Positions 53,571 through 64,000 of a stretch of DNA of 64,000 nucleotides are shown here, piece after piece. Below the pieces are notes generated by a model. That model saw nothing but the letters and a program-made list of their open reading frames with translations. It did not search any database and was not told the DNA's origin. Each line of letters begins with the position of its first letter. Position 1 is the stretch's first letter. This stretch comes from an uncultured Thiotrichales bacterium. GTDB lineage: Bacteria > Pseudomonadota > Gammaproteobacteria > UBA4575. Made by a program: the position numbers and the translations under genes. The DNA lies in the NCBI GenBank assembly GCA_964636225.1, contig CAZWQM010000007.1, positions 7,518 through 71,517 of the forward strand, in the 5' to 3' direction.

Positions 53571-54556
53571 GCAACATTCTCCATTATTAATTCTGCGTCT
53601 TGCAAGTAACTGCGTACCATATTGAACTGAATATCAGCATCGGCAACAGAGAACACTTTCTGTTTGAATTGTTGTGAGCCAAGCATATTATTTAAATACC
53701 AGCCAATATGTTTACGTGCTATTCGCACTCCTTGTTGTTTTCCATACAGGGAATACAGTTCGTTTAAATGATTCAATATAATAGTACGTATCTCCGCCAG
53801 AGACGGCTTTTCCAATTTTTTGTTGAATTTTAGATAGTGATCAATTTGGCGAAAAAGCCACGGCTGACCCTGTGCCGCGCGTCCGATCATAATCGCATCT
53901 GTGTTGGTAATTGCCAAGACCTTTTTTGCCTTTTCAGCAGAATTTATATCTCCATTAGCAACCACAGGAATTCTAATAGAATTTTTTATCTTGCAAATTG
54001 TTTTGTATTCTGCTTGTCCATTAAAACGGCAGGCACGCGTACGACCATGTACAGTTAACATCTGAATACCGCAATCTTCGGCAATTTTTGCAATCTGGAC
54101 ACCATTACGATTGTTAACATTCGTTCCAGTACGAATTTTTAACGTCACGGGTACGTTCACTGCATTGACAACTGTGACAAGAATTTTTTCTACCAATGTT
54201 TCATCCGCAAGGAGAGCGGAACCGGCAGCTACTTTGCATACTTTCTTGGCCGGACATCCCATATTGATGTCAATAATGTCCGCGCCCTGATCCACGTTAA
54301 ACTTAGCTGCTTCAGCAAGTTGCCGTGGATCAGAACCCACGATTTGCACTACGCGCGGTGCAGGCTCATCCATGTGCAAGCGCCGTGTCTTTGATTTGTG
54401 CGTATGCCACAGACGGCTATTGGCGCTGACCATTTCAGTGACGCTATAGCCTGCACCCAATTGGCGGCATAGCTTGCGGAATGGAAGATCGGATACTCCG
54501 GCCATGGGCGCAAGAAATAAATTATTTGTAATAGTGTGTGAGCCGATTTGTATCAT
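53567..54556 (-). CDS. dusB: tRNA dihydrouridine synthase B
   Basis: LAPMAG, DINMGCPAKKV, VHGRTR, ANGDI; ATG at 54556. Confidence 0.96.
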   Translation of the reverse strand: MIQIGSHTITNNLFLAPMAGVSDLPFRKLCRQLGAGYSVTEMVSANSRLWHTHKSKTRRLHMDEPAPRVVQIVGSDPRQLAEAAKFNVDQGADIIDINMGCPAKKVCKVAAGSALLADETLVEKILVTVVNAVNVPVTLKIRTGTNVNNRNGVQIAKIAEDCGIQMLTVHGRTRACRFNGQAEYKTICKIKNSIRIPVVANGDINSAEKAKKVLAITNTDAIMIGRAAQGQPWLFRQIDHYLKFNKKLEKPSLAEIRTIILNHLNELYSLYGKQQGVRIARKHIGWYLNNMLGSQQFKQKVFSVADADIQFNMVRSYLQDAELIMENVA

Positions 54557-54579
54557 GAATTCAGTTTCATATATCAAAT

Positions 54580-55443
54580 TTACAAAAAATCAAAATCATA
54601 GCTCACGACCTCTTCTCCCACGTCATAGACTTCAAGTTTGATTGACAGGGGAATGTCAGTCTCCATGAGCTGACCCTGAGTGGGCTTGTTTTTCAAATAA
54701 TGGTTGGCTGCAAATTGCCGCGCAGCAATTACCTCACCACTGACATTTAAAAATCGGAGTTTAATTATCGGATACGGTTGGGCGAAGTCAGCTTTATTTA
54801 TAATAGTAACCGTGACCATTAATGCCTGTTTTCTTGTTGGGTGAGTATAAATGCTTCTGTTTAGCACTTCTATTTTGTCAACAGCTCGAGGCACCTTGGG
54901 TGAGCATTTTAACCAACGGCATAGTGTTGTTTGGTACCTCTGCGGAATCAGTTGTGGTTGAATAAATGCGGTAATCTGCAATGCAAGTGCGGCAAGTAAC
55001 AATAGGCCTGTGAACCCGGCCAGCCATCTGCCCCAATAGATGTTGTGGCTTTCGCTATCTAGTTTCGATACCTCTTCAGCAATTACTTTTGGAACCACGG
55101 GTTCTTCAGTGGCTTGACGATCTTCAACGGGATCTTCTTCAGGCGGGCCTTTATGCACAGCGGCATCAAAAGCCGAAGGCAGATTTGGCCTGGGTGATTT
55201 GGGAATATGTGGATGTGTGCCCTGAAGCTCTCGATCGAGAAATTCGATATCGATTGCGGTGGTATCTTCTTCTAGCACCACATCTACGCTTTCATACATG
55301 TCGTCACGAGGCTGGTCAAACAGATAAAGCCGGGCATCAAACACATGCTCGCACATGCCACAACGCACCATACCAGCCGCAATTTCCAATTGCTGGTCCG
55401 AAATGCTGAAAGCTTCACGACAACTTGGACAACGTGTAAACAT
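54580..55443 (-). CDS. zinc-ribbon plus DUF3426 domain protein
   Basis: N-terminal CPSC...VRCGMC, acidic linker, TM helix; usual position between prmA and dusB. Confidence 0.88.
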   Translation of the reverse strand: MFTRCPSCREAFSISDQQLEIAAGMVRCGMCEHVFDARLYLFDQPRDDMYESVDVVLEEDTTAIDIEFLDRELQGTHPHIPKSPRPNLPSAFDAAVHKGPPEEDPVEDRQATEEPVVPKVIAEEVSKLDSESHNIYWGRWLAGFTGLLLLAALALQITAFIQPQLIPQRYQTTLCRWLKCSPKVPRAVDKIEVLNRSIYTHPTRKQALMVTVTIINKADFAQPYPIIKLRFLNVSGEVIAARQFAANHYLKNKPTQGQLMETDIPLSIKLEVYDVGEEVVSYDFDFL

Positions 55444-55517
55444 AGCGGGAGTTTACCGATTATTAATCGACAATCCTATTCACGTCGATGTAAGTGTGAA
55501 CTTGAATCACGCGCAGC

Positions 55518-56384
55518 TTAGGTTCTTGTGAAGGCAATACAGCCCCATTCTTCTTGCTGGGTCACCTCGTCACATTTGAAAGAATTTGCATAATGTTGGC
55601 GAATGGTTTCCACTTGAGTGCTTAGAATTCCCGAAACCACTAGTCTGGCGTTAGGCTTTAAATGGTGGATAAACTCATCGCGTAATTCCAGCAAAGGGGC
55701 GGCCAGTATATTGGCAATTAATAAATCTGTTTTGATTCCAGCCAGACAAAGGCGGTTACCAACTGTGAAACTATCAGGGTCTAGTTGATTGCGTTGTATA
55801 TTTTCATGTGTGGCGATCACAGCTTGCGGGTCGATATCCACTGCATACACATGTGAGGCCCCCAAAAGCGAAGCCGCCAGTGCTAGAATACCGCTACCAC
55901 ATCCGTAGTCGATAATACTCAGATCTTTCAGAGATTCCCGACCCAGCCAGCTCAAACATAAACTGGTGGTGGCGTGATGGCCGGTGCCAAACGCCAGTCC
56001 TGGATCGAGTTGTAGACTGATACCGTTTGGGGCGGGATTTTTTTCCCAGGACGGATAAATCCATAACGGACCAAATTGCATGGCGCTGAATTGCTGCTGA
56101 AAACTGGCTTGCCAGTCCTGTTCTTCGACCTGTGTCAGATGAATTTGCTGGTTGATACTGGAATCATTCTGCAAAGCTTTAGCAGCCAGATGCATGGCCT
56201 GTTCGGAAGTAAAATGCGCCTGAAGACATAGCCTTGACCATAATGGATGTTCACCAATCGCAGGTTCCAGAATAGGTTCATCAGCGGCGTCTTCATAGGA
56301 AACACTGACGGCGCCGCAGGAGAATAATAATTTTTCCACATGCTCTGAGGTCTGCGCCTGGACCTGTACACGTAACTGATGCAT
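55518..56384 (-). CDS. prmA: ribosomal protein L11 methyltransferase
   Basis: LDPGLAFGTG, DYGCGSGIL, ANILA. Confidence 0.97.
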   Translation of the reverse strand: MHQLRVQVQAQTSEHVEKLLFSCGAVSVSYEDAADEPILEPAIGEHPLWSRLCLQAHFTSEQAMHLAAKALQNDSSINQQIHLTQVEEQDWQASFQQQFSAMQFGPLWIYPSWEKNPAPNGISLQLDPGLAFGTGHHATTSLCLSWLGRESLKDLSIIDYGCGSGILALAASLLGASHVYAVDIDPQAVIATHENIQRNQLDPDSFTVGNRLCLAGIKTDLLIANILAAPLLELRDEFIHHLKPNARLVVSGILSTQVETIRQHYANSFKCDEVTQQEEWGCIAFTRT

Positions 56385-56396
56385 GTAAAAGCAGGT

Positions 56397-57743
56397 TTAC
56401 TTCTGGCTTGCGAGGAGTCGTTCCAGATAATGAATGTCCACTTGACCCTTGCCAAACTCTGCGTCTTTCATTAATCGCAGTTGGAGAGGAATATTGGTCT
56501 TAATGCCATCAATAATCATTTCCTGTAATGCTCCCTGCATGCGTCGTATCGCCGTGGCGCGATTTTCTCCGTGAGTAATCAGTTTGCCGATCATGGAGTC
56601 ATAATTAGGAGGAACCGTGTAACCCGAGTAAATATGCGAGTCCACACGCACACCAAACCCCCCGGCACTGTGATAGCGGGTAATTTTTCCTGGGCTTGGA
56701 ATGAATGTGTCAGAGTCTTCAGCATTCAGGCGGCATTCCATGGCATGTCCAGTGATTTTCACGTCTTCCTGGCGAATGGATAACGGTTCACCTGAAGCAA
56801 TTAACAATTGCTGTTTAACAATATCAATTCCGGTAATGTATTCAGTGACAGGATGTTCTACCTGTACCCGCGTATTCATTTCTATGAAATAAAATTCGCC
56901 ATTTTCATATAGAAACTCAAATGTGCCGGCACCACGGTAACCAATTAACTTGCAGGCATCGGTGCAGCGCTCACCAATAAAACGCCGTTCTTCTTCGCTA
57001 AGGCCCGGAGCTGGAGCTTCCTCAATAACTTTCTGATGGCGGCGTTGCATGGAACAGTCGCGTTCTGCCAGATAGATCGCATTGCCATGAGTATCTGAAA
57101 GTACCTGAATTTCAATATGACGAGGAGTTTCCAGAAACTTCTCCATATACAGTGTGCCATTACCAAATGCGGCAGTGGCTTCAGCGCGAGTCAGAGCTAC
57201 CGAGTCTGCCAGCTCTTCATCACTGCGAACAACGCGCATACCACGTCCTCCGCCTCCGCCGGCCGCTTTGACAATCACTGGGTAGCCAATTTCATTGGCC
57301 AGTTTGGAGTTGGAGTGAAAGTTATCGGTCAAGGGTTCAGTGGAACCGGGTACGCAAGGCACACCGGCTTCCTGCATGGCTTTTTTGGCAGCAATTTTGT
57401 CACCCATGCGGCGAATAGTTTCAGCAGTAGGTCCGATGAAAACAAAACCACTGGACTCTACACGCTCAGCGAAGTCATCGTTTTCAGACAAAAATCCATA
57501 GCCTGGATGAATGCCGGAGGCATCGGTTAGTTCAGCGGCACTGATGATAGCAGGGATATTTAAATAGCTTTCTGAAGATGGTGCCGGACCTATACAGACG
57601 GATTCGTCTGCGAGTTTTACATGTTTTAATTCGCGGTCAACCGTGGAATGTACCGCAACGGTTTTGATGCCAAGCTCACGGCATGCGCGCAAAATACGCA
57701 GGGCGATTTCACCGCGGTTGGCAATAACAACTTTTTCTAACAT
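56397..57743 (-). CDS. accC: acetyl-CoA carboxylase, biotin carboxylase
   Basis: [34 protein letters not shown]. Confidence 0.98.
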   Translation of the reverse strand: MLEKVVIANRGEIALRILRACRELGIKTVAVHSTVDRELKHVKLADESVCIGPAPSSESYLNIPAIISAAELTDASGIHPGYGFLSENDDFAERVESSGFVFIGPTAETIRRMGDKIAAKKAMQEAGVPCVPGSTEPLTDNFHSNSKLANEIGYPVIVKAAGGGGGRGMRVVRSDEELADSVALTRAEATAAFGNGTLYMEKFLETPRHIEIQVLSDTHGNAIYLAERDCSMQRRHQKVIEEAPAPGLSEEERRFIGERCTDACKLIGYRGAGTFEFLYENGEFYFIEMNTRVQVEHPVTEYITGIDIVKQQLLIASGEPLSIRQEDVKITGHAMECRLNAEDSDTFIPSPGKITRYHSAGGFGVRVDSHIYSGYTVPPNYDSMIGKLITHGENRATAIRRMQGALQEMIIDGIKTNIPLQLRLMKDAEFGKGQVDIHYLERLLASQK

Positions 57744-57837
57744 AGCTCAGTGTTTCTTTATATAGTGGCGTTTTGCAAAACACAAAACACCTAAGTAATT
57801 AAGTGACAATTGAAGGGCCAAATACTTTGTTACTGGA

Positions 57838-58296
57838 TTATTCAATAACAAAAAGGGGCTGGCCAAATTCAACCGGTTGACCATTCTCAGCCAGCACGGC
57901 TTTAACAGTGCCAGACTTGTCGCTTTCAATCTGGTTAAGCATTTTCATCGCTTCGATAATGCAAAGCACGTCGCCTTCCTTCACTTTCTTGCCGACTTCC
58001 GTAAACGGTGTAGCGCCTGGTGAAGAAGCTTCATAGAAAGTGCCTACCATGGGAGAAGTGACCTTATGCCCACTAATAACGGGTGCTTGTGCGCCGCTAT
58101 CACTATCAGCGGCGGGCGCCGCAGGTGCAGCGGCTGGCATAGGTACTGGTGCTGCAGCATATTGCATAGGTATGGCAGGTACACTGGAGTTCGCCCTGCT
58201 GATGCGTACCGACTCTTCACCTTCTTTGATTTCGATTTCGGCTATGCCAGATTCTTGCAGTAATTCAATAAGTTTCTTTACTTTTCTTATATCCAT
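57838..58296 (-). CDS. accB: acetyl-CoA carboxylase, biotin carboxyl carrier protein
   Basis: [12 protein letters not shown], Pro/Ala linker, EAMKM. Confidence 0.99.
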   Translation of the reverse strand: MDIRKVKKLIELLQESGIAEIEIKEGEESVRISRANSSVPAIPMQYAAAPVPMPAAAPAAPAADSDSGAQAPVISGHKVTSPMVGTFYEASSPGATPFTEVGKKVKEGDVLCIIEAMKMLNQIESDKSGTVKAVLAENGQPVEFGQPLFVIE

Positions 58297-58312
58297 GAGT
58301 TCTGTTCTTTAA

Positions 58313-58753
58313 TTATTTGGTTAACTGTTGATGTGCTGCGCTTATGGCGAGCTGATACCCCTGAATACCCAGACCGGTCATCACCCCAACAGCGACATCA
58401 GATAAATACGATACTTGTCTAAATTCTTCGCGAGCGAAAACATTTGAAATGTGAATTTCAATAAAAGGAATTGCAACACCCAGAAATGCATCTCGTAGAG
58501 CAATGCTTGTGTGGGTGAATGCCCCTGGATTAATTACAATGAATTCAATATTTTCTTCTCGCGTCGCATGCAGTCGGTTAATCAGTTCATGTTCGGCATT
58601 GGACTGAAAATGCAGTAGCTCATGACCCAAAGATTTTGCATGTGCACTGGCAACTTCTACGACCTGATCCAGAGTTTCATAGCCATACACATCAGGCTCT
58701 CTTGTGCCTAACAGATTGAGATTGGGGCCATTAAGCAGCAGGATCTTGCTCAT
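58313..58753 (-). CDS. aroQ: type II 3-dehydroquinate dehydratase
   Basis: [28 protein letters not shown]. Confidence 0.98.
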   Translation of the reverse strand: MSKILLLNGPNLNLLGTREPDVYGYETLDQVVEVASAHAKSLGHELLHFQSNAEHELINRLHATREENIEFIVINPGAFTHTSIALRDAFLGVAIPFIEIHISNVFAREEFRQVSYLSDVAVGVMTGLGIQGYQLAISAAHQQLTK

Positions 58754-58799
58754 GAGTGGAATGAATCCATGTTTTAAAAGATGTTATCTAAGCGCGATT

Positions 58800-58828
58800 A
58801 TTGTGCCGTAAAAGCAAAGGACTGTCCA
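58800..58828 (-). promoter_or_regulatory. candidate sigma70 promoter of aroQ-accBC
   Basis: Minus strand TGGACA-N17-CACAAT. Confidence 0.45.
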
Positions 58829-58887
58829 TTAAAAGACAAGTTAGACGAAATTCGCAGCATATTGGCGGCGAGTTTGAGCAAGATTAA

Positions 58888-58911
58888 AGTCTTGATGGCA
58901 TCAGCAAGACT
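58888..58911 (-). terminator. candidate terminator hairpin after dsbD
   Basis: AGTCTTG...CAAGACT stem followed by a short T run on the minus strand. Confidence 0.35.
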
Positions 58912-58953
58912 AAATAATGTTCGATTATTAGCTTGCAGCGCAACAACAGGCGC

Positions 58954-60861
58954 TTAGTTAAAAAGCTGATTTACATGCGCGGAAAGCTGTTCTGCTGTCA
59001 CACTTCCGGTCAGGCGATGCTCTCTAAGGTCGTTTCCTTGAGCATCCCAGAAGTACAGCGCTGGAGGTGCCGGCATATTCAGATGATTGGCCAAAGCCTT
59101 GTCTGCAGCATCCTGAACAGTGATATCCGCCTGAAGTAAAATAACATTTTCAAGTGCAGATACAACCGCTGGGTGTGGGAATATTTTCTTCTCCATGGTT
59201 TTGCAGTAACTGCACCAGTCGGCGTAAAAATCCAGCATCACGGGTTTGCCCGCCGTTTTGGCTGCAGCCAGTTCACGATCCAGATCCTGAATGGTTTTAA
59301 TCCGTTTAAAGTTACTGTGCTGTTCACTACCTGTTTGCGCGGCCGAGCTGATAATGCCAGTCAGGGGTTTGATGGTATCTTTGCCGCCAGAAGCGAGGCC
59401 AACAAGGAACAATGCACCGTAGATCAGCAGTACGATACCCAGACCTTTCCATAACTTGCTCCAGCCACTGCAATCGTCGTCCAGAGATTTAAGTGCGCCC
59501 ATATATACTGCGATGATGATCAATAATGCGCCCCACATCAGCATGATAATGGCGGGTGAAATGTAGGTGGGACTTAAGCGCTCCAGGAAGCTGACCGCCA
59601 ATGCGATCATGATGACACCCCCCGTAGCTTTGACTTTATCCATCCAGGTGCCTGCTTTGGGCAGTAAGGCCCCGCCACCCGAGCCCATAATCAGTAGCGG
59701 TAGACCCATTCCGGTACCAAATACCCATAGGTAAAGAAAGCCCGCCAGAGGGTTTTGCGATTGTGCGGCAAAAGCCAGCACGGCAAGTAATACCGGGCCA
59801 CCACATGGTCCGACAATTAATGCAGACAAGACTCCCATCAGGCCTACGCCTAGCACTGATCCGCCTTGTTGCTGGTTGCTTTTTTCGTTTAATTTAATCT
59901 GCAGAGCGCTTGGGACCTGAATTTCGTAAAATCCAAACATGGACAAAGCGAGGCCAATAAAAAGAAGAGCAGAGAGAATGAGTATCCACGGAGTTTGCAG
60001 ACTGCCCTGAATCCCAAGCGCTTCTCCGATCACTGCCATTATGGCACCCAGGACGCCAAAGGTAATTGCGATTCCCTGGGTGTAGCTTAACGACAGGGTG
60101 AAGGCGCGAAAGGTGGTAATTTTTTCTCCCTGCCCCATGATCAGTGAGCTCAAAATGGGAATCATGGGGTACATGCAGGCAGTGAATGCGACTAGCACGC
60201 CAAACCCGAGACTTAGCAGTAATGCCACTAGAGGGTTGGCACTTTTAAGGTTCTGTAGAATGTCGTCCTGCTCGTTAGCCGGTGCTGATGTTATGCCTGC
60301 GGCTTTGCTCGCATCGCTATTGTCAGTATCCGTAGTGGAAGTGGCTTTAGAAGATGTCGCTTTGCCTGTAAGCGCGGTGCCAGCGGACACCGCAATATCG
60401 AGTTTTTTTGTGGCTGGGGGATAACACAGGCCGGCATGAGCACAACCCTGGTAAGAGACGACCAGGTTAATCGAGCCAGAGTTTGTCGATACCGGTACAC
60501 TTAGACTCAGGCTGTTTTCATAAATTTCGACATCTCCGAAAAATTCATCATGCTGGAATCGGCCGTTAGGTAATTCGAGAGACCCCAGGGTAGCCGTCGT
60601 GTCATCTGTACTCACACTGATACGTTTTTTATATAAATAATAACCGTCAGCGATATTCCAAAATAACTTAACCTGCCCAGCCAATGGGGCAGTGGCAGTG
60701 AGCTGAAAAGCTTCGTCAACTTTAAGAAATTCTTCCTGTTCGTCTTCATCACCAAAAGGATTGGAAGCAAAGGCTGAGTTAAAAAGCGGAGTGAATAGTA
60801 AAGTTACGAGGATAAATAGCCAACTATAGTTGTTTAATAACTGGTTTCTTGGATAACCCAT
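58954..60861 (-). CDS. dsbD: thiol:disulfide interchange protein DsbD
   Basis: GYYLY, QGC...LCYPP, TACMYPMIPI, VGPC, C-terminal thioredoxin domain WCSYC. Confidence 0.96.
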   Translation of the reverse strand: MGYPRNQLLNNYSWLFILVTLLFTPLFNSAFASNPFGDEDEQEEFLKVDEAFQLTATAPLAGQVKLFWNIADGYYLYKKRISVSTDDTTATLGSLELPNGRFQHDEFFGDVEIYENSLSLSVPVSTNSGSINLVVSYQGCAHAGLCYPPATKKLDIAVSAGTALTGKATSSKATSTTDTDNSDASKAAGITSAPANEQDDILQNLKSANPLVALLLSLGFGVLVAFTACMYPMIPILSSLIMGQGEKITTFRAFTLSLSYTQGIAITFGVLGAIMAVIGEALGIQGSLQTPWILILSALLFIGLALSMFGFYEIQVPSALQIKLNEKSNQQQGGSVLGVGLMGVLSALIVGPCGGPVLLAVLAFAAQSQNPLAGFLYLWVFGTGMGLPLLIMGSGGGALLPKAGTWMDKVKATGGVIMIALAVSFLERLSPTYISPAIIMLMWGALLIIIAVYMGALKSLDDDCSGWSKLWKGLGIVLLIYGALFLVGLASGGKDTIKPLTGIISSAAQTGSEQHSNFKRIKTIQDLDRELAAAKTAGKPVMLDFYADWCSYCKTMEKKIFPHPAVVSALENVILLQADITVQDAADKALANHLNMPAPPALYFWDAQGNDLREHRLTGSVTAEQLSAHVNQLFN

Positions 60862-61169
60862 GATAAATACTCTTGTGTGCTTTTGGTGACGGGTAGCGCG
60901 ATTAATTCCGGTGTTTCGTAAGGATGCTGTTGTTTAATGAACTCGCTTATTTGTTTAAACCGGGTTTCAACTGTTTTAATTACTAGTAGACATTCCTGAT
61001 CTTCACACAGTTCACCCTTCCAGCGGTAAATTGACGTGACTCTGGGCATTATGTTGCAGCAAGCAGCCAGTTGGTTGTCGATTATCTGACGCTCGAGCAA
61101 TTTTCCCTTATCAATGTCAGTGATAGTGGTGATGATTAACAGCATTTTTGGCTGACTTGATGTAGGCAT
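60834..61169 (-). CDS. cutA: divalent-cation tolerance protein CutA
   Basis: LAAC, SIYRWKG, HPYETPE. Confidence 0.95.
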   Translation of the reverse strand: MPTSSQPKMLLIITTITDIDKGKLLERQIIDNQLAACCNIMPRVTSIYRWKGELCEDQECLLVIKTVETRFKQISEFIKQQHPYETPELIALPVTKSTQEYLSWVIQETSY

Positions 61170-61198
61170 TTAATTCTAAATAACTTTATCTTTGGCTA

Positions 61199-61225
61199 TT
61201 GAAATTTGTTTAAACGCCACTATAT
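61199..61225 (+). promoter_or_regulatory. candidate sigma32 promoter of fxsA
   Basis: TTGAAA-N13-CACTATAT versus TTGAAA-N13/14-CCCCATAT; fxsA is a sigma32 target in E. coli. Confidence 0.6.
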
Positions 61226-61258
61226 ATGTGGAATGGCTAAAAAAACCAGTATAGACTA

Positions 61259-61720
61259 ATGCGCGGCTTTCCCATATTTGCCGCATTATTCATAGGTATA
61301 CCGCTGATCGAAATCTACCTATTCATTAAAGTAGGTGGCCTGATCGGTGCGTTCCCCACCGTCATTCTCGTAATTGCCACAGCGCTGATTGGTGTGTCTT
61401 TACTGCGAGCGCAAGGTTTTAGCACGATGACGAAATTTCAACAGCAAGTGGCTAGTGGTCAATTGCCCGCCACTACCATGCTGGAAGGTGTTGCGCTGGT
61501 TTTGGGTGGTGCCTTTTTGCTGACCCCAGGCTTCCTCACCGATACGCTGGGGTTTCTATGTTTAATCCCGTTTACACGCCAGACAATAATTGCCTGGCTA
61601 ATCAGGAATGTAACGATCCAATCCAGTGGATTTTACTCGTCCGGTTCTACTGGCCGGCCACACGACCCAAATGTGATTGAAGGCGAGTACCGGGAAAAAG
61701 ATAAAGATTCCCGGAAATAG
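61259..61720 (+). CDS. fxsA: FxsA membrane protein
   Basis: PLIEIYLFI, LLTPGFLTD, C-terminal VIEGEY; upstream of groES. Confidence 0.94.
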   Translation: MRGFPIFAALFIGIPLIEIYLFIKVGGLIGAFPTVILVIATALIGVSLLRAQGFSTMTKFQQQVASGQLPATTMLEGVALVLGGAFLLTPGFLTDTLGFLCLIPFTRQTIIAWLIRNVTIQSSGFYSSGSTGRPHDPNVIEGEYREKDKDSRK

Positions 61721-61740
61721 CTGCAACAGAATATTTGAGC

Positions 61741-61769
61741 CTTGACAACGGCAGACTGTACCGTATGAT
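61741..61769 (+). promoter_or_regulatory. groESL promoter (sigma70-like, possibly also sigma32-like)
   Basis: TTGACA(61742)-N16-TATGAT(61764); alternative reading CTTGACA-N13-CCGTAT. Confidence 0.6.
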
Positions 61770-61795
61770 TAGCACTCATCGGGGTAGAGTGCTAA
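61769..61795. promoter_or_regulatory. CIRCE element upstream of groESL
   Basis: TTAGCACTC-atcggggta-GAGTGCTAA, perfect consensus. Confidence 0.97.
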
Positions 61796-61860
61796 CAAAA
61801 ATAGCAACCCTATGAATTTATAAAGAAATTTTGTTAATTAATTGTCAGGAGAAATACGAC

Positions 61861-62151
61861 ATGAATTTACGTCCTTTACACGACCGTGTAGTAATTAAGC
61901 GAATGGAAGAAGAACGCACCAGCCCTGGTGGCATTGTCATTCCTGATTCCGCGGCCGAAAAGCCAATCAAGGGTAAAGTGCTGGCTGTAGGTAACGGCAA
62001 GATTGCAGATAACGGCGACGTACGCGCACTTGATGTAAAAGTGGGAGATACCGTTCTGTTTGGAAAATATTCCGGAACTGAAGTGAAAGTAGACGGTGAC
62101 GAATTACTCGTGATGCGTGAAGACGACATCATGGCGGTTATCGAAGGCTAG
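61861..62151 (+). CDS. groES: co-chaperonin GroES
   Basis: [24 protein letters not shown]; ATG at 61861 after AGGAG. Confidence 0.99.
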   Translation: MNLRPLHDRVVIKRMEEERTSPGGIVIPDSAAEKPIKGKVLAVGNGKIADNGDVRALDVKVGDTVLFGKYSGTEVKVDGDELLVMREDDIMAVIEG

Positions 62152-62207
62152 ATGCGATTGCGAATCTGATTTTCCCAACATAATTTTTAAAATTTAAAGA
62201 AATTTAA

Positions 62208-63866
<1,659 letters not shown>

Positions 63867-63894
63867 AAATCAGGCTTCCAGACTTTTAAACAAG

Positions 63895-63920
63895 AGCCCC
63901 GCCGAGTGCGGGGCTTTTTT
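63895..63920 (+). terminator. intrinsic terminator of groESL
   Basis: AGCCCCGC-CGAGT-GCGGGGCT followed by TTTTT. Confidence 0.93.
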
Positions 63921-64000
63921 ATGTCTGGGTGGTTTATGTTTTGGCAGCAGGCAAATGTTTTAGTGGTAAATGACATTTACGCAGTGATTATTTTGTACAT

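Noticed and set aside
57747-57929. 60-aa ORF and GTTTTGCAAAAC palindrome in the accB-accC gap
   Set aside because: The ORF overlaps accB out of frame and has no motifs; the palindrome is short, AT-rich and plausibly chance.

Overview
A gene-dense, almost entirely housekeeping region of a gammaproteobacterial chromosome; the lineage is inferred from gene content and order. It contains: aroB (partial)-aroK, pilMNOPQ, mrcA, hemE, rpsU-yqeY, tsaD, plsY, bioH/bioC, a complete aa3-type cytochrome c oxidase cluster with assembly factors, rpoH, ftsYEX, an M16 peptidase pair-rsmD-coaD-ferredoxin-ggt, mutM, a chorismatase-like gene in a GldA/F/G-like ABC operon, an unpaired hydantoinase/oxoprolinase A subunit, a DesA-type desaturase, rpmBG, folBK, pteridine reductase, MidA, uppP, cca, trxA-rho, purHD, dusB-fis, prmA, aroQ-accBC, cutA-dsbD, fxsA and groESL. 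I saw no rRNA, tRNA, CRISPR array or intact mobile element. The best leads are at rpoH. (1) A perfect CIRCE (HrcA operator) overlaps the -10 of a sigmaE-like promoter upstream of rpoH, and a second perfect CIRCE precedes groESL. (2) A solitary 70-aa ORF resembling only the DNA-binding domain of lambda terminase small subunit gpNu1 lies between rpoH and ftsX, with its own palindrome and no other phage genes. (3) Elsewhere, a FkbO/Hyg5/XanB2-type chorismatase is coupled to an ABC system and mutM, outside any biosynthetic cluster. Three genes missing from the ORF track were added (aroB 5' end, a small cox membrane protein, rpmG). All calls come from motif recognition by eye, with no database search.
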